50,672 nt of DNA, taken from the IMG/VR virus record IMGVR_UViG_3300044516_000053, positions 1 to 50,672 of that record. One strand, 5' to 3'. Under the pieces are notes generated by a model. That model saw only the letters and a list, made by a program, of their open reading frames with translations, had not been told where the DNA came from and searched no databases. Shown piece after piece: positions 24,412 to 34,709 of this stretch (within the stretch, counting starts at the first letter, position 1; each line of letters begins with the position of its first letter). The DNA comes from a virus (Duplodnaviria; Caudoviricetes). The translations under genes were made by a program, and so were the position numbers.

Positions 24412-27400
24412 ATGGCTGATCGTTACTGGGTAGGTGGCACGGGGACGTGGAACACCACCAGCACAACAAACTGGTCCGCATCTACTGGCGGAGCTAGTGG
24501 CGCATCTGTCCCCACCGTAGCGGACAGCGTCTTCTTTGACCAAGCAGGAACCTACACCGTCACGATGACGGGCGCTTTGGCGTGTCTGGACATCACCGTT
24601 TCCGCAGGCACCGTCACCTTTGCTACAGGGACATCTCCCACGCTAGACATTCGCGGCTCTATGTCGCTGCTGGCCGGGACAGTCTGGAGTTCTACCGGCA
24701 ACGTCACGTTCAGTTCCACGTCTACCGGAAGGACAGTAACTACCAACGGCACCACAATTAATGCGGCAGTGACATTTAACGGCGCTGGAGGCGGCTGGAC
24801 CCTTGGCTCTGCGCTAAATATTGGCGGCAACCAATTTAGCATGTCTCAAGGGACATTTGACACCTCTGCTGTCGGAAACTACTCATTAACATGTGGCAGA
24901 TTTAATAGCTCGGTAGGATTTACAAGAACAATAAATTTAAATGCATCCACAATAACTCTTACATTTTCTAGTATTGTAATAAATATTTTAGTGGGACTTA
25001 CTTTTAATGTCGGCACGTCAACATTTGTTGTGACCGGCCAAAACCCGGTATTTAACGGATCAGGCTTAACATTTTATAATCTAACTTTTACAAACTCAAC
25101 TTTAGGAACCGCCGCTGTTACCGGTACCAACACGTTTAATAATTTCACTGTTACCGGGCCGTTAACATCATTGACCGCCTTTACAAATACCGTAACATTT
25201 AACGCGCAGCAGACCATCAACGGCACCTTGTCCACCACTTCCACGGCGGGTAATAGGCGCGTACTCTTTGCATCAGCCACTTACGGCATCTCTGTTGACC
25301 TCGTAGTCAACTCCGCCCCCAGCCTGACAGACGCAGACTTCCGGGGGCTCTATGTCAGGGGCACATCGGCCCCCATCAGCGGCACGCGCATTGGCAACCG
25401 GGGGGAGTGCAGGAACATCACGTTCAGCACGCCAAAGACGGTGTATTGGAACCTTGCGGGCTCTCAAAACTGGATTGCTAATGCATGGGCCACAACATCT
25501 ACCGGAACACCATCTACAGACAACTTTCCTCTGCCGCAGGACACCGCCACATTTACTAATGCCGGGTCGGTAACTGGGACAATATCTATCAGTACATCAA
25601 CGCCGTATCTTCCTACCGTAGATATGTCGGGGCGCACTACTTCGATGACATTCAGCACCAATGCCCCGGTGCCTGTATACGGAGATTGGAAGAATGGCTC
25701 TGGCACTTTATTTTCTGTTGGGACTTCTACCTTAACTTTTTCTGGTGGCGGTACGCAGACCATCACCAGTGCAGGCAAGGCGTTTATTTGTTCCATCACC
25801 ATCGACACCTATGGCGGCACGGTACAGCTTGTTGATGCTTTGAACATTGGCACAACTAACACAATAACCGTTACTAACGGCACGTTTACTACAGCAGGCT
25901 ATACCGTAACTGCGGGGGGTTTAAGTTCCAGTAATAGTAACATTAGAACTATTTTGCTTGGGGCAAGTGCCGTTACTTTGGGTAGCGCAAACCCAGTTAC
26001 GTTGACAACATCTACAAACCTTACATTTAACGCAGGGACATCTAGCATTACCTGTACGGCGCAAAGTCCAACTTTTGCAACAGGCGGACAGACGTTTTAT
26101 AATGTAACTTATACAAATCCAAATGATAGTTTTTTTAGAATTCAAGGGGCAACAGGAAATACTTTTAATAATTTAACTATTAATCCCCCAAACTTGGGAG
26201 TTACTACCTGTGTTTTTAGTGCTAACCAAACCGTTACCGGCACATTGACGGGTGCTTCTGCATCAGCAGTACGACGTATCTTTTTTCAGTCTAATACTGC
26301 TGGCACCCAGCGCACGCTGACGGTTAACAGTATTTCCGCCACCGACTGCGACTTCCGAGACATCAACCTTGCCGGGGCTGCGGCGGGCTCTTCTCCCACA
26401 CGCGCAGGAGATTGCGGCGGCAATACCGGCATCACATTCCCCGCAGCAAAGACGGTCTACTGGAACCTTGCGGGCACGCAGAACTGGAGCGCTACGGGAT
26501 GGTGCCCCTCTTCTGGCGGCACGCCCGACATCAACCAATTCCCCCTAGCACAAGACACGGCGGTATTTGATAACACTGGATCGGTGACGGGCACAATCAC
26601 GATTAATTCCGCATGGAACATTGGCACTTTTGACGCTTCGCTGCGCACCAGCGCGATGACATTAGGTTTTTCTGCGTCGATCACGGTGGCTGTTTATGGA
26701 GATTGGAAGTTTGGTACTGGGGTCACTGCCAATAGCACTGCCAGCGTCATCTCATTTTGTAAAGATGGAACACAGACTATTACTAGCAATGGAGTTCAGT
26801 TTAATTGCATCTTAACTGTCTCCCGCCCATCCGCATATGCTCAGCTTGCTGACGCATTATCGTTAAATTCAACAAGTTTTTTACGCTTTGGAACAGGTAC
26901 CTTTGATGCAGTCACATACAACGTAACTGCTGGAGGTGTTGATAATACGACCACACCTGCAACTCCCACTATAAAAATGGGCTCAGGTACTTGGACGTTG
27001 ACGGGTACAGGGGCGGTTTGGAATTTTGCAAATGCACCGTCGGCCTTAATTGCTGGAACAGCAACCATCGTGTTGTCCAACACCACCGCCACTGCTAGAA
27101 CTTTTAATGGCGGCGGACTGTACTACAACAAGCTAACAATTGGTGGGACGACGGGAACGTCCACACTAACTATTAGTGGCAGCAACATATTTGGTGAACT
27201 TGCGTCTACTAAGACAGTAGCACATACAATTATTTTTCCATCTACTACCACAACAACGGTTGGAAAATGGTCCGTTACCGGCACGGTGGGCAACGTAGTC
27301 ACACTGGCCCCTTCCACCGCTGTTACCGCGTACACACTTTCCATAGCTGGCCCTGCTAACACCGGCATCGACTACTTGTCGATCAGCTACTGCGCGGTCT

Positions 27401-30400
27401 CTACCACCAGCCCCGGGGAGTTCTACGTCGGTGTAAATAGCACCAACACTGCTGGTAACACAGGCGCAATCATCTTCACGGCCACCCCCGCCCCTCGGAC
27501 GCTCTACTGGGTAGGCGGAACAGGTAACTGGTCCTCGACCACCAAGTGGTCAACATCCTCTGGCGGCGGTTCGGGAGCAGCCATCCCCACATCCCTAGAT
27601 GCGGTCAACTTTGACTCTTTATCCAATGCCACGGCCTATACCGCCACCATTGACGCGGGCGTGACTCTGGCCCGGTGCGCATCGTTCACCATGGCTGGCC
27701 CCGCCGCAGGTAACGTGACCTTTGCCGGGACTGTGGGTATCGCCTTCCATGGCAACGTCAGTTTTGCAGCTACCGGTATCACCCGGACATACACGGGCGC
27801 AATGAACTGGGCGGGTAACGCCAGTTATACGTTTACGTCAAACGGAACCACGTTTGCTGGCGGTTTAAATATTGTCGGTATTGGAGCCACTTGGACACTG
27901 GGGAGTTCTTTTACAAATGCTAGTGGCGTAACTGCCTGCAATTTAACATATGGAACATTTGATACTTCTGTAAGTAATTACAGCGTGTCGTTTCCCGGGA
28001 TTTTAACGTCTTCTGGAACCGGGGTTAGGACGTTGTCTTTAAACGGATCAACATGTACTTTTCTTACTGGTGTATCTGGTGGAACAACACTTTTTAATGC
28101 AGTAAATCTTACGTTAAATGCTGGAACTTCTACCATCCAAATTGCTGCATCTCCGGGCACAGCTTGGGGGTCTTCAAACGGAATCGTTACTTTTAACAAT
28201 GTCAGTTTTACCAGCGCATCAATTTCCGCCCTTGATATTACCGGATCAAACACATTTAACAACCTGTCTTTTGCTGGCCGCACCACCGTCGGTATTGCTA
28301 CATTTACATTCAGTGGCAACCAGACCATCAACGGCACCTTGACTGTTAGCGCTGGCACAGCTTCCGCCTATCGCACCTTCCTTGCCTCTAACACCTTTGG
28401 CACCACGCGCACCCTGACCTGCGCGGCGGTATCGGCAACCGACGTTGACTTCCGAGACATCACTATTGCTGGCGCAGCAGCCCCTGCCAGCGGCACACGG
28501 CTTGGCGATGCGAAGGGCAACGCAGGCATCACGTTCCCGGCAGCGAAGACGGTCTACTGGGCCCTTGCTGGAAGTAACAACTGGGGCAACACTGGCGCAG
28601 GATCGTGGTCTGCTACATCAGGCGGCGCGGCAGCAGCCGATCAATTCCCTCTCCCCCAAGACACTGCATACATTCCGTTTGCCACGCCCACCAGCGGTAG
28701 CACCATCACGGTCAACGCCAACTACAACATTGGCACGCTCGACATGAGCAACCGTAACGGCAGTGCGCTGGTTACGTTGGCAACGGGCACGACAACACCG
28801 ACGATCTATGGCAACTGGATCAACGGGACGGGGACGACGCTAAGTGGAACGGGCCGCATAACATTTGCCGGGCGCACAACTCAGCAGATTACAAGCGCGG
28901 GTAAGACATGGACACAAGCGTTCACCATTAATACCCCCGGGGGATCGGTGACGTTGCAAGACGCTTTTGTCGCAGATCAATCTCTTACCACTCTTTTAAC
29001 TCTTACCGCCGGAACATTTGATGCGGCCACCTACAACGTCACATTGTCATCCGCCAATTCTGGAGTTCTTTTGTCTGGTACTAGCACAAGAACCATGGCC
29101 GTAGGGTCGGGGACGTGGATTTTGAATGGCGCTGCAAGCGCATGGGACGCTCAAACCTCCACAAATTTAACTGTTACCGGAACCGGGACTATTAGCTTAA
29201 CTCGGGTAGCAACAAAATTCTTTCGTGGCGGCAACCTTTCCTACTCCGGCATCACTCTTGACCAAGGCGGTGCAGGTGCGTTGGACATATCCGGTAACAA
29301 TACCTTCAAGACGATCAGCAACACATACAGCGCCACGGGCGCTACGTCTATCTCGCTCGGCGGCACTACCACAACGCTAACCGATCCTTGGACTGCCACG
29401 GGCGCAGCCACCCGGGTTCTGACTGTTAGCGGGTCTCCGGCCAACCTTGTTTACACCGGCGCAGGGGTAGCCGCCAACTCAGTTGACTACCTCTCCATCA
29501 GCAACGTCCGCGCTTATCCACTTGTTGATGAATGGTACGCAGGGGCCAACTCCACCAACGGCGGCTCTCTAGGCTGGTACTTCGTTGCCGCAGGCGGCAC
29601 GGTCTACGCTGCGACCATTACTGAGACGGGTACTGGCTCCGACTCTATCCTCGCCCGGGCGATCTTCAACAGCAGCATCTCCGAGACCGGCACCGGCACG
29701 GACTCCATCAGCGCAAGCCTTGGAGGGATCACCTACCTCGGCACTATTGAAGAGCTTGCCACCGGCTCTGACGCTGTTCTGGCTCGGGCTATCTTCCGGG
29801 CATCGCTGGCTGAGTCTGGCACAGGCACCGACACCATCTCCGCACGGTCTGCGTTTGGTACTGCGATCCTCGAATCCGCAACCATTGCCGACACTAACCT
29901 TGCCCGGCTGATCGCCCGCGCCACGCTATCTGAGACCGCCACTGGGTCCGACACTGAGTCCGCCAGCCTGACTGCACGCTCTACTCTTTCCGAATCTGCC
30001 ACCATCACTGACGCGGATGTTGGACGCATCAGCTTCCCTACGGTCATCAGTGAAACGGCCTCTGGCTCCGATACCGACGCAGCCAGCCTGACTGTTAATC
30101 CTGCGATCTCTGAGACTGCCACGGGTACAGATGCTGTTTCTGCCCGGGCGATCTTCCTTGCTGCGGTTGCTGAGTCCGGCACGATCACAGACCTGATCTC
30201 CGCAATTAAGGGGTACTTCGTTGCCATCCTTGAGAGCGCCACGGGCACGGACACCTTCTCTGCCAAGTACACCACCCTGCCCAGCGTCTCCGAGACTGCC
30301 ACCATCACCGACGCCAACGTCGGGTTCATCAGTTTTCCCACGACGATTTCCGAGACCGCAACCGGTACGGATACTGACTCCGCCCAGTACATCACCCGGC

Positions 30401-31812
30401 CCAGCATTGCCGAGTCTGCTACCGGTACTGAGACCGTCTCTACCCTCTACAGCACCAACCCCAGCGTTGCCGAGTCTGCTACCGGCACTGAGACCGTCAG
30501 CCCGGGCTATATTGCCAATCCCAGCATCGTGGAGTCTGCGTCCATCACTGACGCAGTGGCTGCCCGGTACATTGCCCTGCCCAGCATCTTTGAGTCTGCC
30601 TCCGGGTCGGACATCGTCGTTGGTGGCCTGCGCTTCATAGGCGTTATTGCAGAGACTGCCACGGGTACTGAGACTGTCGCCGCCCGGTACATCACCAACC
30701 CGTTCATCGCAGAGACAGCCACTGGCTCTGATACTGACGCAGCCAGACTGTCTGCCGCAGGGATCATCTCTGAGACCGCAACCGGGACGGAGGCCATCAC
30801 CACCCGGGCCACGTTTAAATCGGATATTTCCGAGTCTGCCGTCGCCCAAGAGATTGTTCAGGCATTCTTCACCGCTGCCGCGCAGGTCAGCGAGCTTGCC
30901 ACGGGTGCGGATCAGGTCAGCGCCTTGCGTGCGTTGGCTGCGGCGGTTGCTGAGACAGCCACGATTACGGATAGCCTGTCCGCCCGGGCGGTGTTTATCG
31001 GGCTTCTCCAAGAGGCAGCAACAGCCCAAGATGCTGTAAACGCCCCGGGCTCGACCTACAACATCTTGATGCAGGAGCTTGCACAGGCGCAGGACGCAAT
31101 CACCGCGCAGGCCATCTTCCCGGCTTCTCTGGCCGAGACCGCCACCGGCACCGAGACCAACAGCGCAGCCTTTATCCCCCGGGCCACGATCACTGAGTCG
31201 GCCACCATCACGGACGCAGTTAGCGCCCTCCAAGCATTTGCTGCCAGCATTTCCGAGACCTCCGCAGCCTTGGATGTGGTTCTGGTGGCTCCGTCAATCT
31301 TCAACGCCATCGCTGTTGCCTCTGCCACAGCCCTAGACAACTTCAACCCGGCGGGCAGCATCTACAACGTCAGCATCCCTGAGAGCGCCACCCTGTCTGA
31401 CAGCGTGATCGGGGCGTTCCTGTGGAACCTGATTGACGATTCCCAGCCGGAAAGCTGGCAGAACGTGCTGGACGCACAGTCTGTTACTTGGAGCGCCATA
31501 AATGCCAGCCAGACTGCGGGCTGGGGAGAAGTTGATAGTGCGCAGGCTACCTCATGGGGTAACGCAGACTCTGCTCAGGCCCCGGGCTGGCAGGACGTGC
31601 AGACCTCCCAAACTGGGACTTGGAACTCCGTGGATGACTCCCAGAGCGTTAACTGGCAAAATGTGGTAAGTGAGCAGTCGGTTAGCTGGAATGCCATAAA
31701 CGCCAGCCAGAATGCCGACTGGAACAATGTGGATAACACCCAGTCCACCTCTTGGGGCAACATCCAAGACGACCAAGACCCGGACTGGAACGACATCCCG
31801 ACATTGAATTAG
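24412..31812 (+). CDS. Giant tail fibre/adhesin-like protein (2466 aa)
   Basis: Five YW/NW-headed beta-helix-like modules, then about 30 20-aa ExATxxD repeats, then 12 11-aa Trp repeats. Confidence 0.85.
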   Translation: MADRYWVGGTGTWNTTSTTNWSASTGGASGASVPTVADSVFFDQAGTYTVTMTGALACLDITVSAGTVTFATGTSPTLDIRGSMSLLAGTVWSSTGNVTFSSTSTGRTVTTNGTTINAAVTFNGAGGGWTLGSALNIGGNQFSMSQGTFDTSAVGNYSLTCGRFNSSVGFTRTINLNASTITLTFSSIVINILVGLTFNVGTSTFVVTGQNPVFNGSGLTFYNLTFTNSTLGTAAVTGTNTFNNFTVTGPLTSLTAFTNTVTFNAQQTINGTLSTTSTAGNRRVLFASATYGISVDLVVNSAPSLTDADFRGLYVRGTSAPISGTRIGNRGECRNITFSTPKTVYWNLAGSQNWIANAWATTSTGTPSTDNFPLPQDTATFTNAGSVTGTISISTSTPYLPTVDMSGRTTSMTFSTNAPVPVYGDWKNGSGTLFSVGTSTLTFSGGGTQTITSAGKAFICSITIDTYGGTVQLVDALNIGTTNTITVTNGTFTTAGYTVTAGGLSSSNSNIRTILLGASAVTLGSANPVTLTTSTNLTFNAGTSSITCTAQSPTFATGGQTFYNVTYTNPNDSFFRIQGATGNTFNNLTINPPNLGVTTCVFSANQTVTGTLTGASASAVRRIFFQSNTAGTQRTLTVNSISATDCDFRDINLAGAAAGSSPTRAGDCGGNTGITFPAAKTVYWNLAGTQNWSATGWCPSSGGTPDINQFPLAQDTAVFDNTGSVTGTITINSAWNIGTFDASLRTSAMTLGFSASITVAVYGDWKFGTGVTANSTASVISFCKDGTQTITSNGVQFNCILTVSRPSAYAQLADALSLNSTSFLRFGTGTFDAVTYNVTAGGVDNTTTPATPTIKMGSGTWTLTGTGAVWNFANAPSALIAGTATIVLSNTTATARTFNGGGLYYNKLTIGGTTGTSTLTISGSNIFGELASTKTVAHTIIFPSTTTTTVGKWSVTGTVGNVVTLAPSTAVTAYTLSIAGPANTGIDYLSISYCAVSTTSPGEFYVGVNSTNTAGNTGAIIFTATPAPRTLYWVGGTGNWSSTTKWSTSSGGGSGAAIPTSLDAVNFDSLSNATAYTATIDAGVTLARCASFTMAGPAAGNVTFAGTVGIAFHGNVSFAATGITRTYTGAMNWAGNASYTFTSNGTTFAGGLNIVGIGATWTLGSSFTNASGVTACNLTYGTFDTSVSNYSVSFPGILTSSGTGVRTLSLNGSTCTFLTGVSGGTTLFNAVNLTLNAGTSTIQIAASPGTAWGSSNGIVTFNNVSFTSASISALDITGSNTFNNLSFAGRTTVGIATFTFSGNQTINGTLTVSAGTASAYRTFLASNTFGTTRTLTCAAVSATDVDFRDITIAGAAAPASGTRLGDAKGNAGITFPAAKTVYWALAGSNNWGNTGAGSWSATSGGAAAADQFPLPQDTAYIPFATPTSGSTITVNANYNIGTLDMSNRNGSALVTLATGTTTPTIYGNWINGTGTTLSGTGRITFAGRTTQQITSAGKTWTQAFTINTPGGSVTLQDAFVADQSLTTLLTLTAGTFDAATYNVTLSSANSGVLLSGTSTRTMAVGSGTWILNGAASAWDAQTSTNLTVTGTGTISLTRVATKFFRGGNLSYSGITLDQGGAGALDISGNNTFKTISNTYSATGATSISLGGTTTTLTDPWTATGAATRVLTVSGSPANLVYTGAGVAANSVDYLSISNVRAYPLVDEWYAGANSTNGGSLGWYFVAAGGTVYAATITETGTGSDSILARAIFNSSISETGTGTDSISASLGGITYLGTIEELATGSDAVLARAIFRASLAESGTGTDTISARSAFGTAILESATIADTNLARLIARATLSETATGSDTESASLTARSTLSESATITDADVGRISFPTVISETASGSDTDAASLTVNPAISETATGTDAVSARAIFLAAVAESGTITDLISAIKGYFVAILESATGTDTFSAKYTTLPSVSETATITDANVGFISFPTTISETATGTDTDSAQYITRPSIAESATGTETVSTLYSTNPSVAESATGTETVSPGYIANPSIVESASITDAVAARYIALPSIFESASGSDIVVGGLRFIGVIAETATGTETVAARYITNPFIAETATGSDTDAARLSAAGIISETATGTEAITTRATFKSDISESAVAQEIVQAFFTAAAQVSELATGADQVSALRALAAAVAETATITDSLSARAVFIGLLQEAATAQDAVNAPGSTYNILMQELAQAQDAITAQAIFPASLAETATGTETNSAAFIPRATITESATITDAVSALQAFAASISETSAALDVVLVAPSIFNAIAVASATALDNFNPAGSIYNVSIPESATLSDSVIGAFLWNLIDDSQPESWQNVLDAQSVTWSAINASQTAGWGEVDSAQATSWGNADSAQAPGWQDVQTSQTGTWNSVDDSQSVNWQNVVSEQSVSWNAINASQNADWNNVDNTQSTSWGNIQDDQDPDWNDIPTLN
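29600..31410 (+). repeat. About 60-nt (20-aa) tandem coding repeat (I/V)xE(S/T)AT(G/I)(T/S)D
   Basis: For example, CCAGCATTGCCGAGTCTGCTACCGG at 30401 recurs near-identically at 30461. The period is 60 nt across 30281-30600. Confidence 0.85.
31423..31809 (+). repeat. 33-nt (11-aa) Trp repeat Wxx(V/I)xxxQxxx, 12 units
   Basis: WNLIDDSQPES WQNVLDAQSVT WSAINASQTAG ... WGNIQDDQDPD WNDIPTLN. Confidence 0.9.
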
Positions 31813-31828
31813 TTACAAGGAGCAACGA

Positions 31829-32425
31829 ATGCCTTCTTCTTATACCCCAGTACTGGGGCTTGTCCAGCCAAACCCGGGCGAACTCCTCGATCAGTGGGGC
31901 GGCGTGGTCAACACCCAGCTTACCGCGCTGATTGAAGCTTCGATTGTTTCTGTGTCGTCCCAAAGCGTAACCGCTGGCGACTGGACGCTGACCACTACGG
32001 GCGCGGGCGACCCTAACCAAGCGCGTAGCGCTGTGCTGGTTGTCACGGGAACTCCGGGCACCACGCGCAACATCTACGCGCCCAAGCAAACGAAGCTCTA
32101 TGTCGTCGTCAACAACTCGGACAGCGTGGTCTACCTCAAGGGTGGGCCGACTTCTCCGACTACCGGTGTGTTCATTAACGCGGGTCAGTCTGCCCTGTGC
32201 GCATGGGACACGACGCTGGCTACGCCGGACTTTGTGAAGGTTGCTGGTGGCGGTGGCGGTGCAACGGGTGGCGGCACGAACGAGGTGTTCTTCCTCAACG
32301 GCCCAACCGTCTCGGTTGACTACTCAATCCCCTCGGGCAGGAACGCGGGTACCTTCGGCCCCGTTACGATCAATAGTGGCGTCACCGTCACCGTGCCGAC
32401 TGGCAGCGTGTGGTCTGTGGTGTAA
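31829..32425 (+). CDS. Tail fibre/fibre-connector protein
   Basis: MPSSYT..LGL..P..GEL..QWG..VN N-terminus; GGGGGATGGG hinge; GPVTINSGVTVTVPTGSVW C-terminus. Confidence 0.7.
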   Translation: MPSSYTPVLGLVQPNPGELLDQWGGVVNTQLTALIEASIVSVSSQSVTAGDWTLTTTGAGDPNQARSAVLVVTGTPGTTRNIYAPKQTKLYVVVNNSDSVVYLKGGPTSPTTGVFINAGQSALCAWDTTLATPDFVKVAGGGGGATGGGTNEVFFLNGPTVSVDYSIPSGRNAGTFGPVTINSGVTVTVPTGSVWSVV

Positions 32426-32434
32426 GGAGAGAAC

Positions 32435-33082
32435 ATGTCCTCAGTAGCAATCCAAGGCAACGCAAGCGGCACAGGGGTTATCACCCTAGCCTCGCCCAAC
32501 ACTAACAGCAGCTATACCGTCTCTCTACCTGCGGCAACCACGACTTTGGTGGGCACAGATGCCACCCAAACGCTGACTAACAAAACAATTGGTAGTGGAT
32601 ACGGCGGCGGGGTTGTCATATTGGGCACAGCGGTTGCGTCTACCAGCGGCACCAGCATTGACTTCACCAGCATCCCGTCATGGGTCAAGCGGGTGACGGT
32701 GATGTTTAGCGGGGTCAGTACAAACGGCAGCAGTAACTTACTGGTTCAAATTGGCGCTGGTTCTTTTACAACTTCCGGGTATGTTAGCCAAGCAACTCAA
32801 ACCTCTGCATCTAATAACACGGCCTCTTCTACTGCGGGTTTTATTGCTACGGGTGCCTTTGCGGCAAACATAACTTACTCTGGACACGCCGTTATTACCA
32901 ACATCACAGGAAATACTTGGGTTGAATCTAATGTGTTGGGCGGTCAAAGTGGATTTGCTAACAACAACTATGGCGCGGGTAATGTTGCCCTTGGTGGCAC
33001 CCTAGACCGCGTGCGCATCACAACTACAGGCGGCACCGACACCTTCGACGCTGGCTCCATCAACATCCTCTACGAAGGCTAA
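32435..33082 (+). CDS. Fibre-tip/receptor-binding paralog 1
   Basis: TQTLTNKT; STSGTSIDFTSIPSWVKR...LDRVRITT..GTDTFDAGSINILYEG. Confidence 0.75.
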   Translation: MSSVAIQGNASGTGVITLASPNTNSSYTVSLPAATTTLVGTDATQTLTNKTIGSGYGGGVVILGTAVASTSGTSIDFTSIPSWVKRVTVMFSGVSTNGSSNLLVQIGAGSFTTSGYVSQATQTSASNNTASSTAGFIATGAFAANITYSGHAVITNITGNTWVESNVLGGQSGFANNNYGAGNVALGGTLDRVRITTTGGTDTFDAGSINILYEG

Positions 33083-33084
33083 AT

Positions 33085-33282
33085 ATGCAACGCATTGAAG
33101 TCGATGTCATCACTGGCGAGATAAAAGTTATTGACCTGACGCCTGAAGAAGTTGCGCAGGCTATGGCGCAGCAAGCTGCTTGGGAAGCTGAGCAAGCACA
33201 AGCTCAATCTACGCCGACGGTCGAAGAGCAACTGGCGGAATTGCGAGCAGAACTGGCCGCACTTAGAGGAGCACAAGCATGA
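33085..33282 (+). CDS. Small fibre-assembly chaperone-like protein
   Basis: MQRIEVDVITGE..DLTPEE; C-terminal coiled coil PTVEEQLAELRAEL. Confidence 0.65.
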   Translation: MQRIEVDVITGEIKVIDLTPEEVAQAMAQQAAWEAEQAQAQSTPTVEEQLAELRAELAALRGAQA

Positions 33283-34091
33283 CCGCCAAAATTGACGGCA
33301 CCAACGGCGTACTGCAAGCGTACGACTACCAGACACCCGCGACAGGGTTTAGCTACACCTTTGCGGCGGGGACGCAGACGCTGTTCATGGTGCCTGCGGC
33401 TACTCTGGCTACGGGCACGATCACGATGCCTGCCTCACCTGCTGACGGGATGATGATCACGTTTAGCTCCAGCCAGCAGATCACGGCGCTCACGCTTCAA
33501 GGCAACACGGGGCAGAGCATCTCTAGCGCTGTGACGTTCCTCCCGGCCAAAACGGCGGCTTCGTATGTGTACCGGCTGTCGAACACGACGTGGTATCCAA
33601 CCGAGACTGTGCCGGGTACTGGCTCCCAGTTGGTGAGCGGTGTTTCACAGGCCAGCACCTCTGGCACTTCGATTGACTTCACCGGCATCCCATCGTGGGT
33701 GAAGCGCATTACCGTGATGTTTAACGGAGTCAGTACAAGTGGAACTTCCGCGATTTTGATTCAAGGCGGCAACAGCGGCGGTATTGTGAGTTCAGGGTAC
33801 ATCTCGACTTCAACTCACATTACTCAGTCAAACACTACCTCTGGGGCGTCTAGCACTTCGGGGTTTATTTTTTGGTCTAATCTAGCCTCCTACACGCATT
33901 CTGGAATCATTACTCTAACGAACCTAAGCGGTTCTACATGGGTTTCATCGCACTCGGCAAAAAGTACAACCAACTTGGTTGTTATGGGTGGCGGGGACGG
34001 AAGCATCTCTACGCTTGACCGAGTGCGCATCACCACCGTGAACGGCACCGACACGTTCGACGCTGGCTCCATCAACATCCTCTACGAGTAA
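33279..34091 (+). CDS. Fibre-tip/receptor-binding paralog 2
   Basis: Same C-terminal domain (SIDFTGIPSWVKR...DTFDAGSINILYE) with a different N-terminus. Confidence 0.75.
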   Translation: MTAKIDGTNGVLQAYDYQTPATGFSYTFAAGTQTLFMVPAATLATGTITMPASPADGMMITFSSSQQITALTLQGNTGQSISSAVTFLPAKTAASYVYRLSNTTWYPTETVPGTGSQLVSGVSQASTSGTSIDFTGIPSWVKRITVMFNGVSTSGTSAILIQGGNSGGIVSSGYISTSTHITQSNTTSGASSTSGFIFWSNLASYTHSGIITLTNLSGSTWVSSHSAKSTTNLVVMGGGDGSISTLDRVRITTVNGTDTFDAGSINILYE

Positions 34092-34096
34092 ACGCT

Positions 34097-34696
34097 ATGA
34101 CTATTACAGTTTCTGGATCGGCTGGCGTCACGTTTCCTGCGGGCGGTGTTGGCAACCCTGCCGGTGCTGTGGTCGGTACCACGGACACTCAAACGCTGAC
34201 CAACAAAACGCTGAGTGGGGCTATCTGGACTGCTCCTTCTGGCAGCACGATCACGTCTGGCACTTCTCAGGCAAGCACCTCGGGCACAAGCATCGACTTC
34301 ACCGGTATCCCTTCGTGGGTCAAGCGAGTGACGGTTTTGTTTAGCGGAGTAAGCCTTAGCAGCACCGCCAACATCCTCGTTCAGTTGGGGGCAGGGTCGG
34401 TGCAAAATACAGGCTACGTGGGCAGCACCATTAACCAGACTCCTACGGTAACCAACTCCACGGCGGGGTTCATTATTTCGACGGGCAACGCCGCCGCGTC
34501 TATGAACGGCGCACTTCAGGTAAGCACTTTGGGCAGCAATATCTGGGCGGCAACAGGAGCTTTTGGACGCGCCGATGCCGCGTTTGCAACCACTGCTGGG
34601 TCGGTCACGCTTTCTGGAACGATTGATCGCGTTCGGATTACCACGACTAGCACCGACACGTTCGACGCGGGCTCCATCAACATCCTCTACGAGTAA
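34097..34696 (+). CDS. Fibre-tip/receptor-binding paralog 3
   Basis: TQTLTNKT and the same C-terminal domain. Confidence 0.75.
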   Translation: MTITVSGSAGVTFPAGGVGNPAGAVVGTTDTQTLTNKTLSGAIWTAPSGSTITSGTSQASTSGTSIDFTGIPSWVKRVTVLFSGVSLSSTANILVQLGAGSVQNTGYVGSTINQTPTVTNSTAGFIISTGNAAASMNGALQVSTLGSNIWAATGAFGRADAAFATTAGSVTLSGTIDRVRITTTSTDTFDAGSINILYE

Positions 34697-34709
34697 AGCG
34701 TGCGCCAAA

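Noticed and set aside
29733-31361. Minus-strand ORFs up to 435 aa, and the 60-nt periodicity as a possible CRISPR array
   Set aside because: The periodicity is a degenerate protein-coding repeat with no constant repeat/unique spacer structure, and no cas genes are present.
32435-34696. Diversity-generating retroelement TR/VR pair
   Set aside because: Differences between repeats are not adenine-specific, all copies are within intact genes, and there is no reverse transcriptase in the window.
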